NCBI GenBank assembly: GCA_963702425.1
Contig: CAVPCQ010000016.1
Location: 160,001-224,000, forward strand
DNA length: 64,000 bases
Source: an uncultured Acidobacteriota bacterium
Lineage (GTDB): Bacteria > Acidobacteriota > Polarisedimenticolia > J045
Reading direction: 5' to 3'
Shown here: piece by piece, positions 43,783-53,972 of the stretch
Layout: each line of letters opens with the position of its first letter
Position numbering within the stretch: position 1 is the first letter of the stretch
The notes under the pieces: generated by a model
What the model saw: only the letters and a program-made list of their open reading frames with translations
Told to the model about the DNA's origin: nothing
Databases searched by the model: none
Position numbers and translations under genes: made by a program

Positions 43783-44409
43783 GTGGCCGACACGCTCTTC
43801 ACGCCGACCGAAGTCCGCGCCGACCTCGACCGCCTCGAGAAGCTGCTCAAGCGGCTTGCTACGGAGTACGAGATGTTCCTCGCCGGCTCGATCCGCTGGC
43901 CACCTTGGCAGCGCCAGGCCGAGGTCGAGGCCGTCGTCCGGCACTACGCGAAGAACCCGCCGCAGCGCACGATCGACCGCTTCCGCTTCAACACGATGGT
44001 GCACCGGCTGCGGACCAGCCAGGAGCGCTGGAACCGGCGGCAGCGCGCGATCGAGATGGAAGGTCACCGCACGCGGCTGGCGGGCCAGGCGCCGCGGCCG
44101 CAGGAAGCCGAGGACGTCCAGCGTCCGCACGTGATGGTCCGGACGTTCGCCGGGGGTGGCAAGCTCGACGCGACGCAGCTGCGCGACCTCTACACCACCT
44201 ACAAGCAGGCCAGCCGCGCGCGCGGGCTGTCGGTCTCGGGCCTCACCTACCGCGGCTTCGCGGTCAAGGTCGACGCCGCGGTGGGACAGGCCCGCAGCCA
44301 CCATCCCGGGCGGGACGTCGAGTTGCTTCTCGACGAGGTCGGTGGCAAGGTGAGGCTCGTGGTCCGGGCCGGCCCGCCCCGCGAAGAGGAAGAGCCGGCC
44401 GGCCGCTGA
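43783..44409 (+). CDS. Hypothetical protein, MXAN_5187 C-terminal-domain-like
   Basis: EYEMFLAG..RFRFNT N-terminal helices and C-terminal LYTTYKQA..GGKVRL resemble that family (recall only). Confidence 0.55.
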   Translation: MADTLFTPTEVRADLDRLEKLLKRLATEYEMFLAGSIRWPPWQRQAEVEAVVRHYAKNPPQRTIDRFRFNTMVHRLRTSQERWNRRQRAIEMEGHRTRLAGQAPRPQEAEDVQRPHVMVRTFAGGGKLDATQLRDLYTTYKQASRARGLSVSGLTYRGFAVKVDAAVGQARSHHPGRDVELLLDEVGGKVRLVVRAGPPREEEEPAGR

Positions 44410-44426
44410 CCCGGGAGCCCACGCCC

Positions 44427-45227
44427 ATGCGCCGCGTTCTTCCGCTCCTCTCCGTGACGGTCCTTGTCGCCATCCTCGCCGCGCTCGCGGTCGCGCCGGC
44501 GCTCGCCCGGCAGAACAAACCGGCAGCCGATCCGGCCGCCCAGGCCGCTGCCGAAGCCGAGGCTGCGGCCGCGGCGGCAGCCGAGGCCGACGCCACGGCC
44601 GAGGCCGACGCCACCGCCGAAGCCGTGATCGACGAGATGGTGACCGAGGAGCCGATCATCGAGCTCGAGAGCGACATCCTGGCCCGCTTCCCCGAGGTGG
44701 CCGAGGCGCTGGCCGCCGTCGAGGCCGACCGGACGAACTCCGAACTCTGGCGCGTGCTCGGGGTGCGGCTGACCAATCGTGCCGGCTTCAAGGACGGGAT
44801 CGAGGCGCTGAACGAAGCGACCGATCTCGACAAGAACAACGTCGCGGCGTGGAACGATCTCGGCACCGCCTACATCCGCAGCGGGAAGGCCAGCAGCGGA
44901 ATGAGCGCGATCCGGCGCGCGCTGAAGCTCGAGCCGTTTTCGGCCGTGGCGCACTACAACCTCGGCATCGGCTACCAGGCGCAGGGGAACTACGACGCGG
45001 CGATCCAGTCGTTCGAAACCGCGCTGCTGCTGGACCCGAGCCTGGCCGACGTCAAGCGCAACCCGGGCGCCCTGACCAACCCGGCGCTCCCCTACGTGCA
45101 GCTCGGTGTCTACATGAAGCGTGAGGGGGCCGCTCCGGCGCTCTTCATGGACCAGGCGCCGCCGCAGGGGCTGGTGAAACCGGACGCCGCTGCTGCGCCC
45201 GCCGCACCCGCGGCCCCTGCGAAGTAG
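44427..45227 (+). CDS. Exported TPR-repeat protein
   Basis: Signal peptide, Ala/Glu-rich linker, AWNDLGTAY and AHYNLGIGY TPRs. Confidence 0.75.
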   Translation: MRRVLPLLSVTVLVAILAALAVAPALARQNKPAADPAAQAAAEAEAAAAAAAEADATAEADATAEAVIDEMVTEEPIIELESDILARFPEVAEALAAVEADRTNSELWRVLGVRLTNRAGFKDGIEALNEATDLDKNNVAAWNDLGTAYIRSGKASSGMSAIRRALKLEPFSAVAHYNLGIGYQAQGNYDAAIQSFETALLLDPSLADVKRNPGALTNPALPYVQLGVYMKREGAAPALFMDQAPPQGLVKPDAAAAPAAPAAPAK

Positions 45228-45236
45228 CCGCGCGCG

Positions 45237-45827
45237 CTACGTGCGCGCCTCGAGCCCGAGCAGCATCAGGTCGAAGAGCGGCTCGAGCAGGGCCATCGGC
45301 TCCGTCCCGTGCGTCACTTCGGCATACAGCGCCGGGATCAGGAGCGTGCGCATCGCGGCCTGGATCGCCGACGCGGTGGTCGCACGCGGCTCGATCTTCC
45401 GGAAGAGCCCGCTGCTTTCGCCGTCGACCAGGACCTCCTCGATCAGCTCGCGCTCGGCCTTCGAGTACGGGTGGTTGGGCTGCTGGTAGATGATCGCCGT
45501 CAGCTCCTCGAGCACGTCACGGTGCACGCCGAGCAGGTCCTTGAGCTGGGTGATGACACGCAGCCGCGCGTCGGCCATCGCGCGCAGCTTGCGGCGCGGG
45601 TCGTCCTGGCCCTCGACCGCGCCGCGCATCGCGGCCAGCACCTGGTCGAGGTCGCGCTGCAGGACGAGATCGAACAGCTCCTGCTTGCCGCCGGGGACGT
45701 AGTAGTAGAGCGCACCTTTCACGACGCCGAGTTCGGCCGCGATCTCGGAGAGGGAGGCCTTGCGGAACCCGAAGCGCGCGAAATGACGCCGGGCGGCGTC
45801 GAGGATCCGTTCCTTCGTGAGCTTCAT
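45237..45827 (-). CDS. TetR/AcrR-family transcriptional regulator
   Basis: ILDAARRHFARFGFRKASLSEIAAELGVVKGALYYY. Confidence 0.9.
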   Translation of the reverse strand: MKLTKERILDAARRHFARFGFRKASLSEIAAELGVVKGALYYYVPGGKQELFDLVLQRDLDQVLAAMRGAVEGQDDPRRKLRAMADARLRVITQLKDLLGVHRDVLEELTAIIYQQPNHPYSKAERELIEEVLVDGESSGLFRKIEPRATTASAIQAAMRTLLIPALYAEVTHGTEPMALLEPLFDLMLLGLEART

Positions 45828-45935
45828 GATTTGACCCTTCTACCGAAACAGTCGAGCAAGTCCCGGCTAGCCGAGACTACCCTTTTCTTGCCGATTTGAC
45901 CACGGACAGGCCCGCGCCGGGCGGCCTCCGAACCG

Positions 45936-48035
45936 TCAAAGGTCGCGCCGCGCGCGGATCAGGACCGGATCTCCCGGAGCCCGGCGAAGCAGCTCGTCGA
46001 GCTCCGCCCGGGCTTCGTCGGCCTGTCCCTGTTTCTTCAGCACGGCGGCCAGCCCCTCGACCGCGCCGCGCTCGGTCGGCCGGAGCGCCAGCGCCTTCCG
46101 GTATGAGGCGAGCGCCCCGGCGTCATCGCCGAGTGCCGCGCGGGCATCGCCATCCAGCGCCCACCCCTCGGCATCGCGCGGATGCTCTTTCAGGTAGGCC
46201 GCCAGGCGCTGCGCGGCCGCCTGCGGCTGCCCGGCCTTGATCTCGGTGCCGGCCAGTCGCGTCTCGATCCCGACGTAGCCCGGCAGCAGGCCCGACAGGC
46301 GGATCCAGAGCGCACGCGCGTCGAGCGGCCGGTCCTTCCCCTCCAGGTAGGTGCTGTAGCTGCGGTAGCCGAGGTAGAAGGTCGGGTGCCGCTCGATCGT
46401 CCGGCGGTACCAGAGCTCGGCGTCCGCGTCGCGGCCGGCCCGCTCGCAGGCCTGGGCGAGCTTGAGCAGCACCTGCGGGTTGTCGGGATCAGTGACCGTG
46501 AGCTTCGTGAGCAGCTTGACCGCCGCGTCGGGCTGACCGGCGCGCATCAGTTCCTGGGCCCGGTCGAAGCGCTGGTAGTCCTCCATCGCGTCGCGCGGAT
46601 TGCGGCCCGTCAGACCAGGGAGCGCCTCCTCGCCCGAGCTTTCCCCGCCTGGACCTCCGGCGGCATAGCCGAGACTCTCGAGCCGCGCGATCGTCTCGGG
46701 GTCGGTCCCGCCGCCGAACCCGGCGGCGGCGGAGAGACGCTCGTGGCGCACCAGTCCGGTTGCCATCTCGCGCAGCGAGCGCTGCATGGTGGCCGCACGC
46801 GCCGGCTCGCCCGGCGCGAGGTTCTTCCCTTCCTTCGGGTCGGCGGCCAGGTCGTAGAGCTCGGGACGCGTCGACTCGATGTACTTGCCGTCGCCGTCGC
46901 GCTGCGCGTAGAGCGCGGACCAGCCGAACTCCTCGTAGGGGTAGAGCGTCTCGGCGTAGAGCGTGCGGACCGGCGCCGCCCGAGCCGCTTGCGACGGCGG
47001 CCCGGCGGGCCGGGCCGCCGCGGCGAAGAGGTCGCGCCCCTCGGTCTCGCGGGGCGGCGGCTCGCCGAGCAGCGCGAGCGCGGTCGGAACGACGTCGACG
47101 ACGCTGGCCAGCTCCTCCACCACCGTTCCGGGCGCGACCTTTCCCGGCGCGACGACGAAGAACGGGATGGCCAGCGTCTCCTGGTAGAGCAGCAGGCCGT
47201 GCTCGTCCTCGCCGTGCGTGCCGAGCCCCTCGCCGTGATCGGCCAGCACCACGATCGCGGTCCGCCCCGCCGCCCCGGACTTCTCGAGCGCGAGGATCAG
47301 CTCCCCGACCAGGTGGTCGGTGAGCGCGACCTCGCCGCTGTAGGGATCGCCCGGGTGACGCTCGCGGAACGGCGAGGGGGGCGAGTACGGGGTGTGCGCG
47401 TCGAACAGGTGGACCCAGACGAAGAACGGCTTGCCGCCGTGCTCGGCCAGCCAGCTCGCCGCGTGCGCGGCCGTCTCCGGCCCCGGGCGCTGGGTGCGCC
47501 GGGCGCCGGTGTCGTCGTTCCCCAGGTCGTCGTCGAACAGCTCGAAGCCCTGGCCCAGCCCGAACTGGCTCGAGGTGGTGAAGGACGAGACGAAGGCCGC
47601 GGTCGCCCGTCCGTGGCCGCCGAGCAGCTCGGCCAGCGTCGTGACGTCCTCCGGCAGCCGGAAGCGGGCGTTGTTGCGCACGCCGTGCGACGGCGGGTAG
47701 AGCCCCGAGAGGATCGAGGCGTGGGCCGGCGTCGTCAGCGGCACGGTGGTCCAGGCGTGCACGACGCGCGCCCCCTTCGCGGCCAGCGCGTCGAGGTGCG
47801 GCGTGGCCACCGGGGAGGGGCCGTAGCTCGAGACGTGGTCGGCGCGCAGCGTGTCGAGCGTGATCAGCAGCAGCGAGTCGGGCCCGCCGGCGGCGGGCGC
47901 GGCCGGGTCGCGGCGATCGCCACGGCCACCGCTGCAGGAGAGGCACCACGCCGCGGCGAGGACGGCCAGCATGGCGACGCCCCCGGCCGCGGCGAACGAA
48001 CGCACGAAGAATCGACCGTCAGGCCGACAGCTCAT
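45936..48035 (-). CDS. Sulfatase-like (alkaline phosphatase superfamily) hydrolase with C-terminal TPRs
   Basis: LITLDTLRADH, LTTPAHASILSG, WVHLFDAH, ADHGEGLG, ELYDLAADP, LESLGY, TPRs; start may be ~47973. Confidence 0.85.
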   Translation of the reverse strand: MSCRPDGRFFVRSFAAAGGVAMLAVLAAAWCLSCSGGRGDRRDPAAPAAGGPDSLLLITLDTLRADHVSSYGPSPVATPHLDALAAKGARVVHAWTTVPLTTPAHASILSGLYPPSHGVRNNARFRLPEDVTTLAELLGGHGRATAAFVSSFTTSSQFGLGQGFELFDDDLGNDDTGARRTQRPGPETAAHAASWLAEHGGKPFFVWVHLFDAHTPYSPPSPFRERHPGDPYSGEVALTDHLVGELILALEKSGAAGRTAIVVLADHGEGLGTHGEDEHGLLLYQETLAIPFFVVAPGKVAPGTVVEELASVVDVVPTALALLGEPPPRETEGRDLFAAAARPAGPPSQAARAAPVRTLYAETLYPYEEFGWSALYAQRDGDGKYIESTRPELYDLAADPKEGKNLAPGEPARAATMQRSLREMATGLVRHERLSAAAGFGGGTDPETIARLESLGYAAGGPGGESSGEEALPGLTGRNPRDAMEDYQRFDRAQELMRAGQPDAAVKLLTKLTVTDPDNPQVLLKLAQACERAGRDADAELWYRRTIERHPTFYLGYRSYSTYLEGKDRPLDARALWIRLSGLLPGYVGIETRLAGTEIKAGQPQAAAQRLAAYLKEHPRDAEGWALDGDARAALGDDAGALASYRKALALRPTERGAVEGLAAVLKKQGQADEARAELDELLRRAPGDPVLIRARRDL

Positions 48036-49506
48036 CCAGCACCGCGCCGAGCAGATCGTAGAACCGCCCCGCCGACGCGGCGTGGACCTTCTCGCCGGGC
48101 GCGTGCACGCCGCGGATGTCCGGTCCGAACGAGACCATGTCCATCCCGGGCACGCGGTCGCCGATGAGACCGCACTCGAGCCCGGCGTGGATCGCCGTGA
48201 CTTCGGGCACCTTGCCGTAGAGCTTCTCGAAGGTGCGCTGGGTCGCCGCCAGCGACTTGGAGGCCATGTCGGGCTTCCAGCCGGGATAGCCGCCCAGGTC
48301 GGTGGCCTCGACGCCGGCCAGGCGTGCGACCGCCAGCAGCTGGTCGACGATGTCCTGCAACGCCGGCGCGCTGGAGGAGCGCGCGAGGTTGGCGATTTCG
48401 ACCGTGTCGCCGGTCGTGTTGATCACGCCCAGGTTGGTCGAGCTCTCGACGAGCCCCTTGATGTCCATGCTCATCGCGACCACGCCGGTCGGCGTCGCGC
48501 GCAGCAGGTCGACCAGCCGGCGCGAGTCGGTCTCGCCGAACGCGCCGCCGGACGCGGCAGCCGCCTTCTCCGGGGCGCCGACCGCGATCCTCAGCCCGTC
48601 GTCGAGCCCCTTGTACTGCTCGGCCAGCTCCTTCCGCGCGGCCTCGATCCCCTTGCGGAACGCGGCCTCTCCGGCCGCCTCGACGAACACGACCGCGTGC
48701 GCGTCGCGCGGGATCGCGTTGCGCTTGTTGCCGCCGTCGATCGAGGCCAGGCGATACGCGCCCCCCTTGCCGCCCTGGTCCAGGGCGCGAGCCAGGGCGC
48801 GGATCGCGTTGAGCCGGTTGCTGTTGATCTCCAGCCCCGAGTGGCCTCCCTTGAGGCCTCCGACCGTCACCTGAAGCGCGACCCAGCCCGCCGGCGCCGG
48901 GGTGCGCGCGGCCTTGAAGGTGTGCTTGACGTCGCGGCCGCCGGCGCAGCCGACGAAGAGGATCCCCTCGTCCTCGGAGTCGAGGTTGATCATCATCCGG
49001 CCGGCGAGCAGCTTCGGATCGAGGCCCGCGGCGCCGGTCATGCCGGTCTCCTCGTCGATCGTCATCAGCAGCTCGAGCGGGCCGTGCTTGACCGCCTTGT
49101 CGCCGGCGAGCGCGAGCATCGTCGCGATCGCGATCCCGTTGTCGGCGCCGAGCGTGGTCCCCTCCGCGGTCAGCCAGTCGCCGTCCTTGACGACGTGGAT
49201 CCGGCCCTGCTCGGGGTCGTAACTGCTGGCCGGGTCCTTCTCGCAGACCATGTCGAGGTGCCCCTGCAGGACGATCGTCGGGGCCTTCTCGCGGCCGGGC
49301 GAGGCCGGCACGCGCACGACGAGGTTCCCGACCGCGTCGCGCGCGGTCGCGAGGCCGAGCGACTTCGCGTGCTGGAGGACGTACTCCGCCATCCGCTCCT
49401 CCTTGCCGGAGGGGCGCGGGATCTCGGTGATGTGCAGGAAGTGGTGCCAGAGCTCGGCGGGCGTCAGCCCGTGGAAAACGCGGTTGTGCTCGTGGTCGTG
49501 ACCCAT
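48019..49506 (-). CDS. pepD: Aminoacyl-histidine dipeptidase (M20C)
   Basis: IPRPSGKE, LQGHLDMVCEK, TTLGADNGI, DEETGMTGA, GGHSG, IHAGLECG. Confidence 0.93.
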   Translation of the reverse strand: MGHDHEHNRVFHGLTPAELWHHFLHITEIPRPSGKEERMAEYVLQHAKSLGLATARDAVGNLVVRVPASPGREKAPTIVLQGHLDMVCEKDPASSYDPEQGRIHVVKDGDWLTAEGTTLGADNGIAIATMLALAGDKAVKHGPLELLMTIDEETGMTGAAGLDPKLLAGRMMINLDSEDEGILFVGCAGGRDVKHTFKAARTPAPAGWVALQVTVGGLKGGHSGLEINSNRLNAIRALARALDQGGKGGAYRLASIDGGNKRNAIPRDAHAVVFVEAAGEAAFRKGIEAARKELAEQYKGLDDGLRIAVGAPEKAAAASGGAFGETDSRRLVDLLRATPTGVVAMSMDIKGLVESSTNLGVINTTGDTVEIANLARSSSAPALQDIVDQLLAVARLAGVEATDLGGYPGWKPDMASKSLAATQRTFEKLYGKVPEVTAIHAGLECGLIGDRVPGMDMVSFGPDIRGVHAPGEKVHAASAGRFYDLLGAVLDELSA

Positions 49507-49658
49507 CGAACGAGCCTCCTGGGGTGCCGGCGGTGCGGCGGAAAGGACCGCGCATTCTACCCGCAGCCGGGGGCGCCCGCCCTCCGCGTTCCCTTCGGCC
49601 CGGCGATCCGGCAGAATAGGTGGTCGGCCCCCCGCCCGAGGGGGCCAGGAGGCCCGTC

Positions 49659-50264
49659 ATGAGCCGCACCCTGGTCGTGATCCTGATCATCCTCGCGATC
49701 ATCGTCGTCCCGGTGATCCTGATCGGTTCGTGGTTCGCGCGGAACTTCAACCAGCTGGTCCAGATGGACGAGCAGGTCAACGGCGCCTGGAGCCAGGTCG
49801 AGAACGCCTACCAGCGCCGGATGGACCTGATCCCCAACCTCGTCGAAACCGTCAAGGGGGCCGCCGCGTTCGAGAAGGGCACCTTCACCGAGGTCACCGA
49901 GGCGCGAGCCAAGGCCGGCTCGATCAAGATGACCCCCGAGCTGCTCAAGGACCCGACGGCGTTCTCCAAGTGGGAAGCGGCGCAGGGCGAGCTCTCGGGC
50001 GCGCTCTCGCGGTTGCTCGTCACGGTCGAGAACTACCCCGAGCTGAAGGCCAACCAGAACTTCCTCGACCTGCAGACGCAACTGGAGGGGACGGAGAACC
50101 GGATCGCGACCGCGCGCCAGCGGTTCAACGAGACGGTCCAGGGGTACAACGCCCGGGTCCGCAGCTTCCCGACCTCGGTCGTCGCCTCCTTCACCGGCTT
50201 CGCGCAGCGCCCGTACTTCCAGGCCAAGCCGGGAGCCGACACCGCGCCGGCGGTGAAGTTCTGA
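49659..50264 (+). CDS. lemA: LemA-family protein
   Basis: N-terminal TM, YQRRMDLIPNLVETVKG, ENYPELKAN, LEGTENRI. Confidence 0.93.
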   Translation: MSRTLVVILIILAIIVVPVILIGSWFARNFNQLVQMDEQVNGAWSQVENAYQRRMDLIPNLVETVKGAAAFEKGTFTEVTEARAKAGSIKMTPELLKDPTAFSKWEAAQGELSGALSRLLVTVENYPELKANQNFLDLQTQLEGTENRIATARQRFNETVQGYNARVRSFPTSVVASFTGFAQRPYFQAKPGADTAPAVKF

Positions 50265-51076
50265 CCGCTCGCCTCCGCCGCGCGCCGCGAGGCGCCCGCC
50301 TGCTGACGGTCGCGCTGCTGCTGGCGGCGACGGGGGTGGTCTACGCGCTGCCGATCCCGCCGCCGCCGCCGCGTTTCCTGCACGACGGCGCAGGACTGCT
50401 CTCTCCGGACGACCGAGCCCGGGTCGAGGCCAAGCTGGGCGAGCTCGACGCGAAGCAGGGGCTGCAGGTCGGCGTGGTGATCCTGCCGTCGCTCGAGGGG
50501 GAGATCCTCGAGGAGTACACGCGCAAGGTCGGGGAGGCTTGGAAGCCCGGCCTTCGAGAGAAGGACGACGGGGTGATCGTCGCGATCTTCCCGAACGACC
50601 GGAAGGTGCGGATCGAGGTCGGAACGGACCTCGAGGGGGCGGTCCCGGACGTGATCGCGGGGCGGCTGATCCGCAACGTGCTCGGCCCGGCCTTTCGACA
50701 GGGACGCTACGCCGACGGCCTGATCGCGGTGCTGGACGGTCTCGGCGCGGCGGCCCGCGGCGACACGACGCCGCTCGGGCGGGACGAGCGCCAGCGCACG
50801 CGCGAGTTCCGGCCCGCGATCTGGTTGCTGCTCGGCTTCCTCGCGCTGGTGATCCTCGCTTCGATGATGTCCCGGCGCTCGGCCAGCTCGCGCGACCTCT
50901 ACCGCCGCGGGCGCCGCGTCGGCACCGGCAGCGGTCCGTGGTGGTTCCCGCCGAGCGGCGGGAGCTGGGGTGGTGGCAGCGGATCCGGCGGCGGCGGTGG
51001 CGGGTGGAGCGGCGGCGGCGGCGGATTCGGCGGCGGCGGCGGGTTCGGCGGCGGCGGCGCCTCGGGAGGGTGGTGA
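50261..51076 (+). CDS. TPM-domain (YgcG-like) membrane protein with Gly-rich tail
   Basis: DGAGLLS, DDGV, RIEVG..LEGAVPD, GGFGGGGASGGW; start codon uncertain. Confidence 0.85.
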   Translation: MTARLRRAPRGARLLTVALLLAATGVVYALPIPPPPPRFLHDGAGLLSPDDRARVEAKLGELDAKQGLQVGVVILPSLEGEILEEYTRKVGEAWKPGLREKDDGVIVAIFPNDRKVRIEVGTDLEGAVPDVIAGRLIRNVLGPAFRQGRYADGLIAVLDGLGAAARGDTTPLGRDERQRTREFRPAIWLLLGFLALVILASMMSRRSASSRDLYRRGRRVGTGSGPWWFPPSGGSWGGGSGSGGGGGGWSGGGGGFGGGGGFGGGGASGGW

Positions 51077-51774
51077 TGGACGCGCCCGACCTCGCACCGA
51101 TCCTCCGCGGACGGCGGCTGGCCCGCTGGGGCCGGCTGCTGTTCCTGGTCGCCCTGGCGCTGGTCGTGGCCGGGCTGGCCGACCTGGCGTCGCTCTGGTG
51201 GATGGCGCAGCAGGTCCCGACGACCTGGGAGGAGCAGCCGCTGCTGCTCGGCCTGGGCGCCTTCTTCATCGCGCTGGCGCTGTTGCTGGCCGGGCTCGGC
51301 CTGTGGATGCAGGCGCTGGGCGCGCGGCGCGCGCGCACCACGCCGGCGGCCTTCCTTCCGCCGGACGAGGAGCGGCGGGTGGTCGAGGAGATCCGCCGCT
51401 TCGAAGCGCGTTCGTCGGGCGAGATCGTCGTCCACCTCTGCGGGCGGTGCCGCTCGGGCGAGATCATGCGCGACGCCGCCGAGACCTTCGGCCGCCTCGG
51501 GCTGACGCGGACGCGCGACCGCAACGCCGTCCTGTTCTTCATCGCCGTGCGTGACCACCGCTTCGCGGTGCTCGGCGACAGCGGGATCGACGAACGTGTC
51601 CCGCCCGGCTTCTGGGACGAGGTGGTGGGAAGCGTCGAGCGCCACTTCGGCGAGGGCCGCTTCGGCGAGGGGCTGGCGGCCGGGATCGATCTCGCAGGCG
51701 AGGCACTCGCCCGTTACTTCCCGCCGCGCCCGGACGACCGCAACGAGTTGTCCGACGCGATCTCCCGCACCTGA
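51076..51774 (+). CDS. TPM-domain membrane protein
   Basis: Two N-terminal TMs, EARSSGEIVV, TRDRNAVLFF, LGDSGID, NELSD. Confidence 0.85.
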   Translation: MDAPDLAPILRGRRLARWGRLLFLVALALVVAGLADLASLWWMAQQVPTTWEEQPLLLGLGAFFIALALLLAGLGLWMQALGARRARTTPAAFLPPDEERRVVEEIRRFEARSSGEIVVHLCGRCRSGEIMRDAAETFGRLGLTRTRDRNAVLFFIAVRDHRFAVLGDSGIDERVPPGFWDEVVGSVERHFGEGRFGEGLAAGIDLAGEALARYFPPRPDDRNELSDAISRT

Positions 51775-51781
51775 GGGGTCG

Positions 51782-53129
51782 ATGGCCGACGCGCGCGACC
51801 GATCCGCGGAAGCGGGGCTGCCCGGGACCGAGTTTGCGTCGCGCCGCGCGCGCGTGCTGGAGGCCCTGGGGACCGACGCGCTGGTCCTGGGGGCCGGGTC
51901 GCCGGTCCCCTACGCGCGCGACGTCGAGCACCGCTTCCGCGTCGACAGCGACTTCTTCTACCTGACCGGTCTCGTGGAGCCGGGTGCGGTGTTGGTGCTG
52001 CGCGGTGGCGCCGAGCAGCCGTTCACGCTCTTCGTGCGCCCGCGCGACCCGGAGCGCGAGGTCTGGACCGGACCGCGGATCGGACCGGAGGGGGCCGTCA
52101 CGCGGTACGGTGCGGACCGCGCCTTCGCGGTCGGGGAACTGGGCCCGCGGCTGTCGGACCTGCTCGACGGCGCCGAGCGGCTCCACTTCGCGCCGTGGAA
52201 GATCCCGGCGCTGGACCACGCGGTGCAGCGCGCGCTGGGCGAGCTGGCGCAGAAGGAAGCACAGGGACGGCGAGCGCCGGGGGCGTTCGTCCTGCCCGGG
52301 GAACTGCTGCACGAGCTGCGCCTCGTCAAGTCGCCGGCGGAGCTCGCCGCGCTCGCGCGGGCCGCGGAGATCACAGCGCGCGGCGTCGCCGCGGGGATCG
52401 CGCGCGTCGGCCCGGGCCGATACGAGGTACCAGGTCCAGGCCGCGGTGGAGCGGGCCTTCCTCGAGGCCGGGGCCACCGGGCCGGCCTTCCCGACGATCG
52501 TCGCCGCCGGCGCCAACGCCTGCTGCCTGCACTACGTCGACAACCGCGCGGCGATCGGGGCCGGCGACCTGGTGCTGATCGACGCCGGCGCCGAGCACGC
52601 GCTCTACAACGGCGACATCTCGCGCACCGTGCCGGCGAGCGGACGGTTCTCCGCGGCGCAGCGGGCGCTCTACGAGATCGTGCTCGCGGCCGAGGAGGCG
52701 GCGATCGCCGCGGTCCGCCCGGGGGGCACGCTGCACGCGGTGCACGACGCGGCGCTCGCCGTGCTGGTCCGCGGGCTGGTCGATCTCGGCCTGCTCGCCG
52801 GCGACCCGGCGCTGCTGATCGAGACCCGCGCCGACCGGCGCTTCACCATGCACCGGACCTCGCACTGGCTGGGGATGGACGTGCACGACGTCGGCCGCAC
52901 GCACCGGGCCGGTGCACCGCGCCCGCTCGTGCCGGGGATGGTCTTCACGATCGAGCCGGGGCTCTACCTCGTCCCGGGGAGCGAAGGTGTCTCGCCGGAG
53001 TTCGCCGGCCTCGGGATCCGCCTCGAGGACGACGTCGTCGTCACCGTTGATGGGTGCGAGGTGCTCACGCGCGGCGTCCCGATCGCGGCCGACGAGGTGG
53101 CGGCACTCGTCGCTGCGGAGGGTCCTTGA
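51782..53129 (+). CDS. pepP: Xaa-Pro aminopeptidase (frameshift near 52430)
   Basis: FRVDSDFFYLTG, LRLVKSPAE in frame 1; LHY, DAGAE, DISRT, HWLGMDVHD, TIEPGLY, GIRLEDD in frame 2. Confidence 0.88.
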
Positions 53130-53972
53130 ACGACGACCGGCCGGGGCCGCCCTCGCTGCCGCCCGATCCAACGACCCACCCGGACCGCCCGATCCAGCCG
53201 ACCTCCGGACCGCCCGATCCAGCCGACCCGCCCGATCGCCCCAACCCGTTCCGTCCCGCCGGCGCGGCCCCCGCAGAGCGGGACTTCCCCGCCCCGCCCT
53301 GGGGCGTCGCCGGCGTGCTGATCGGCCTCGCGCCGGTGCTGGCGATGACGCTGCTCCCGCTGCTGGCGGGGGTGAGCGCCGACCTGGAGGCGATCGAGTC
53401 GCTCACCCTCCGGGAGCGCTACTTCGGATTCTTCTTCGTGCAGGGCCTGCTGGCGGGGATCGCGATCGTGGCGGCGCTGGCGTCGCGCGGCGGTCTCGCA
53501 GCGCTCGGCTTCCGGCGCCCCGGCGCCGCCGGCACTGCTCGTCCCGGCCGCGGGCGGCGCGGGGCTGGTCGGCGCTTCGACCTTCTGGGCGCTTTCGCTC
53601 GAACGGTTCGCCCCCGCCGCGTACGCCGAGATGCTGGCCGAGCAGGCGCAGCAGATGGACCTGCTCGCCGCACCCTGGCCGCTGCTGCTGCTGGCCGCCG
53701 TGATCGCCGCGCCGCTGGCCGAGGAGCTCTACTTCCGCGGCTTCGTCTACGGCGGCCTGCGGCGCGACCTGCCGTTCGCGGTCGCCTCGGGCCTGTCCGC
53801 CGCGATCTTCTCCGGGATCCACCTGATGGCCTGGTCGACGGTGCCGCTCTTCCTGGTCGGGCTGGCGGCGGCCGTTGCCTACGAGCGCTACCGGACGCTC
53901 TGGGCGCCGCTCGCGCTCCACGCCGCATTCAACGGGACGGCGCTGGCCGTCGAGCTGCTGGCCGGGCCGTGA
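53126..53972 (+). CDS. CPBP/Abi-family intramembrane metalloprotease (frameshifted)
   Basis: APLAEELYFRG, FSGIH, LHAAFN in 53631..53972; N-terminal TMs in another frame. Confidence 0.75.

Noticed and set aside
50957-51076. GGC-rich low-complexity repeat
   Set aside because: Ordinary Gly-rich tail of YgcG/TPM-family proteins
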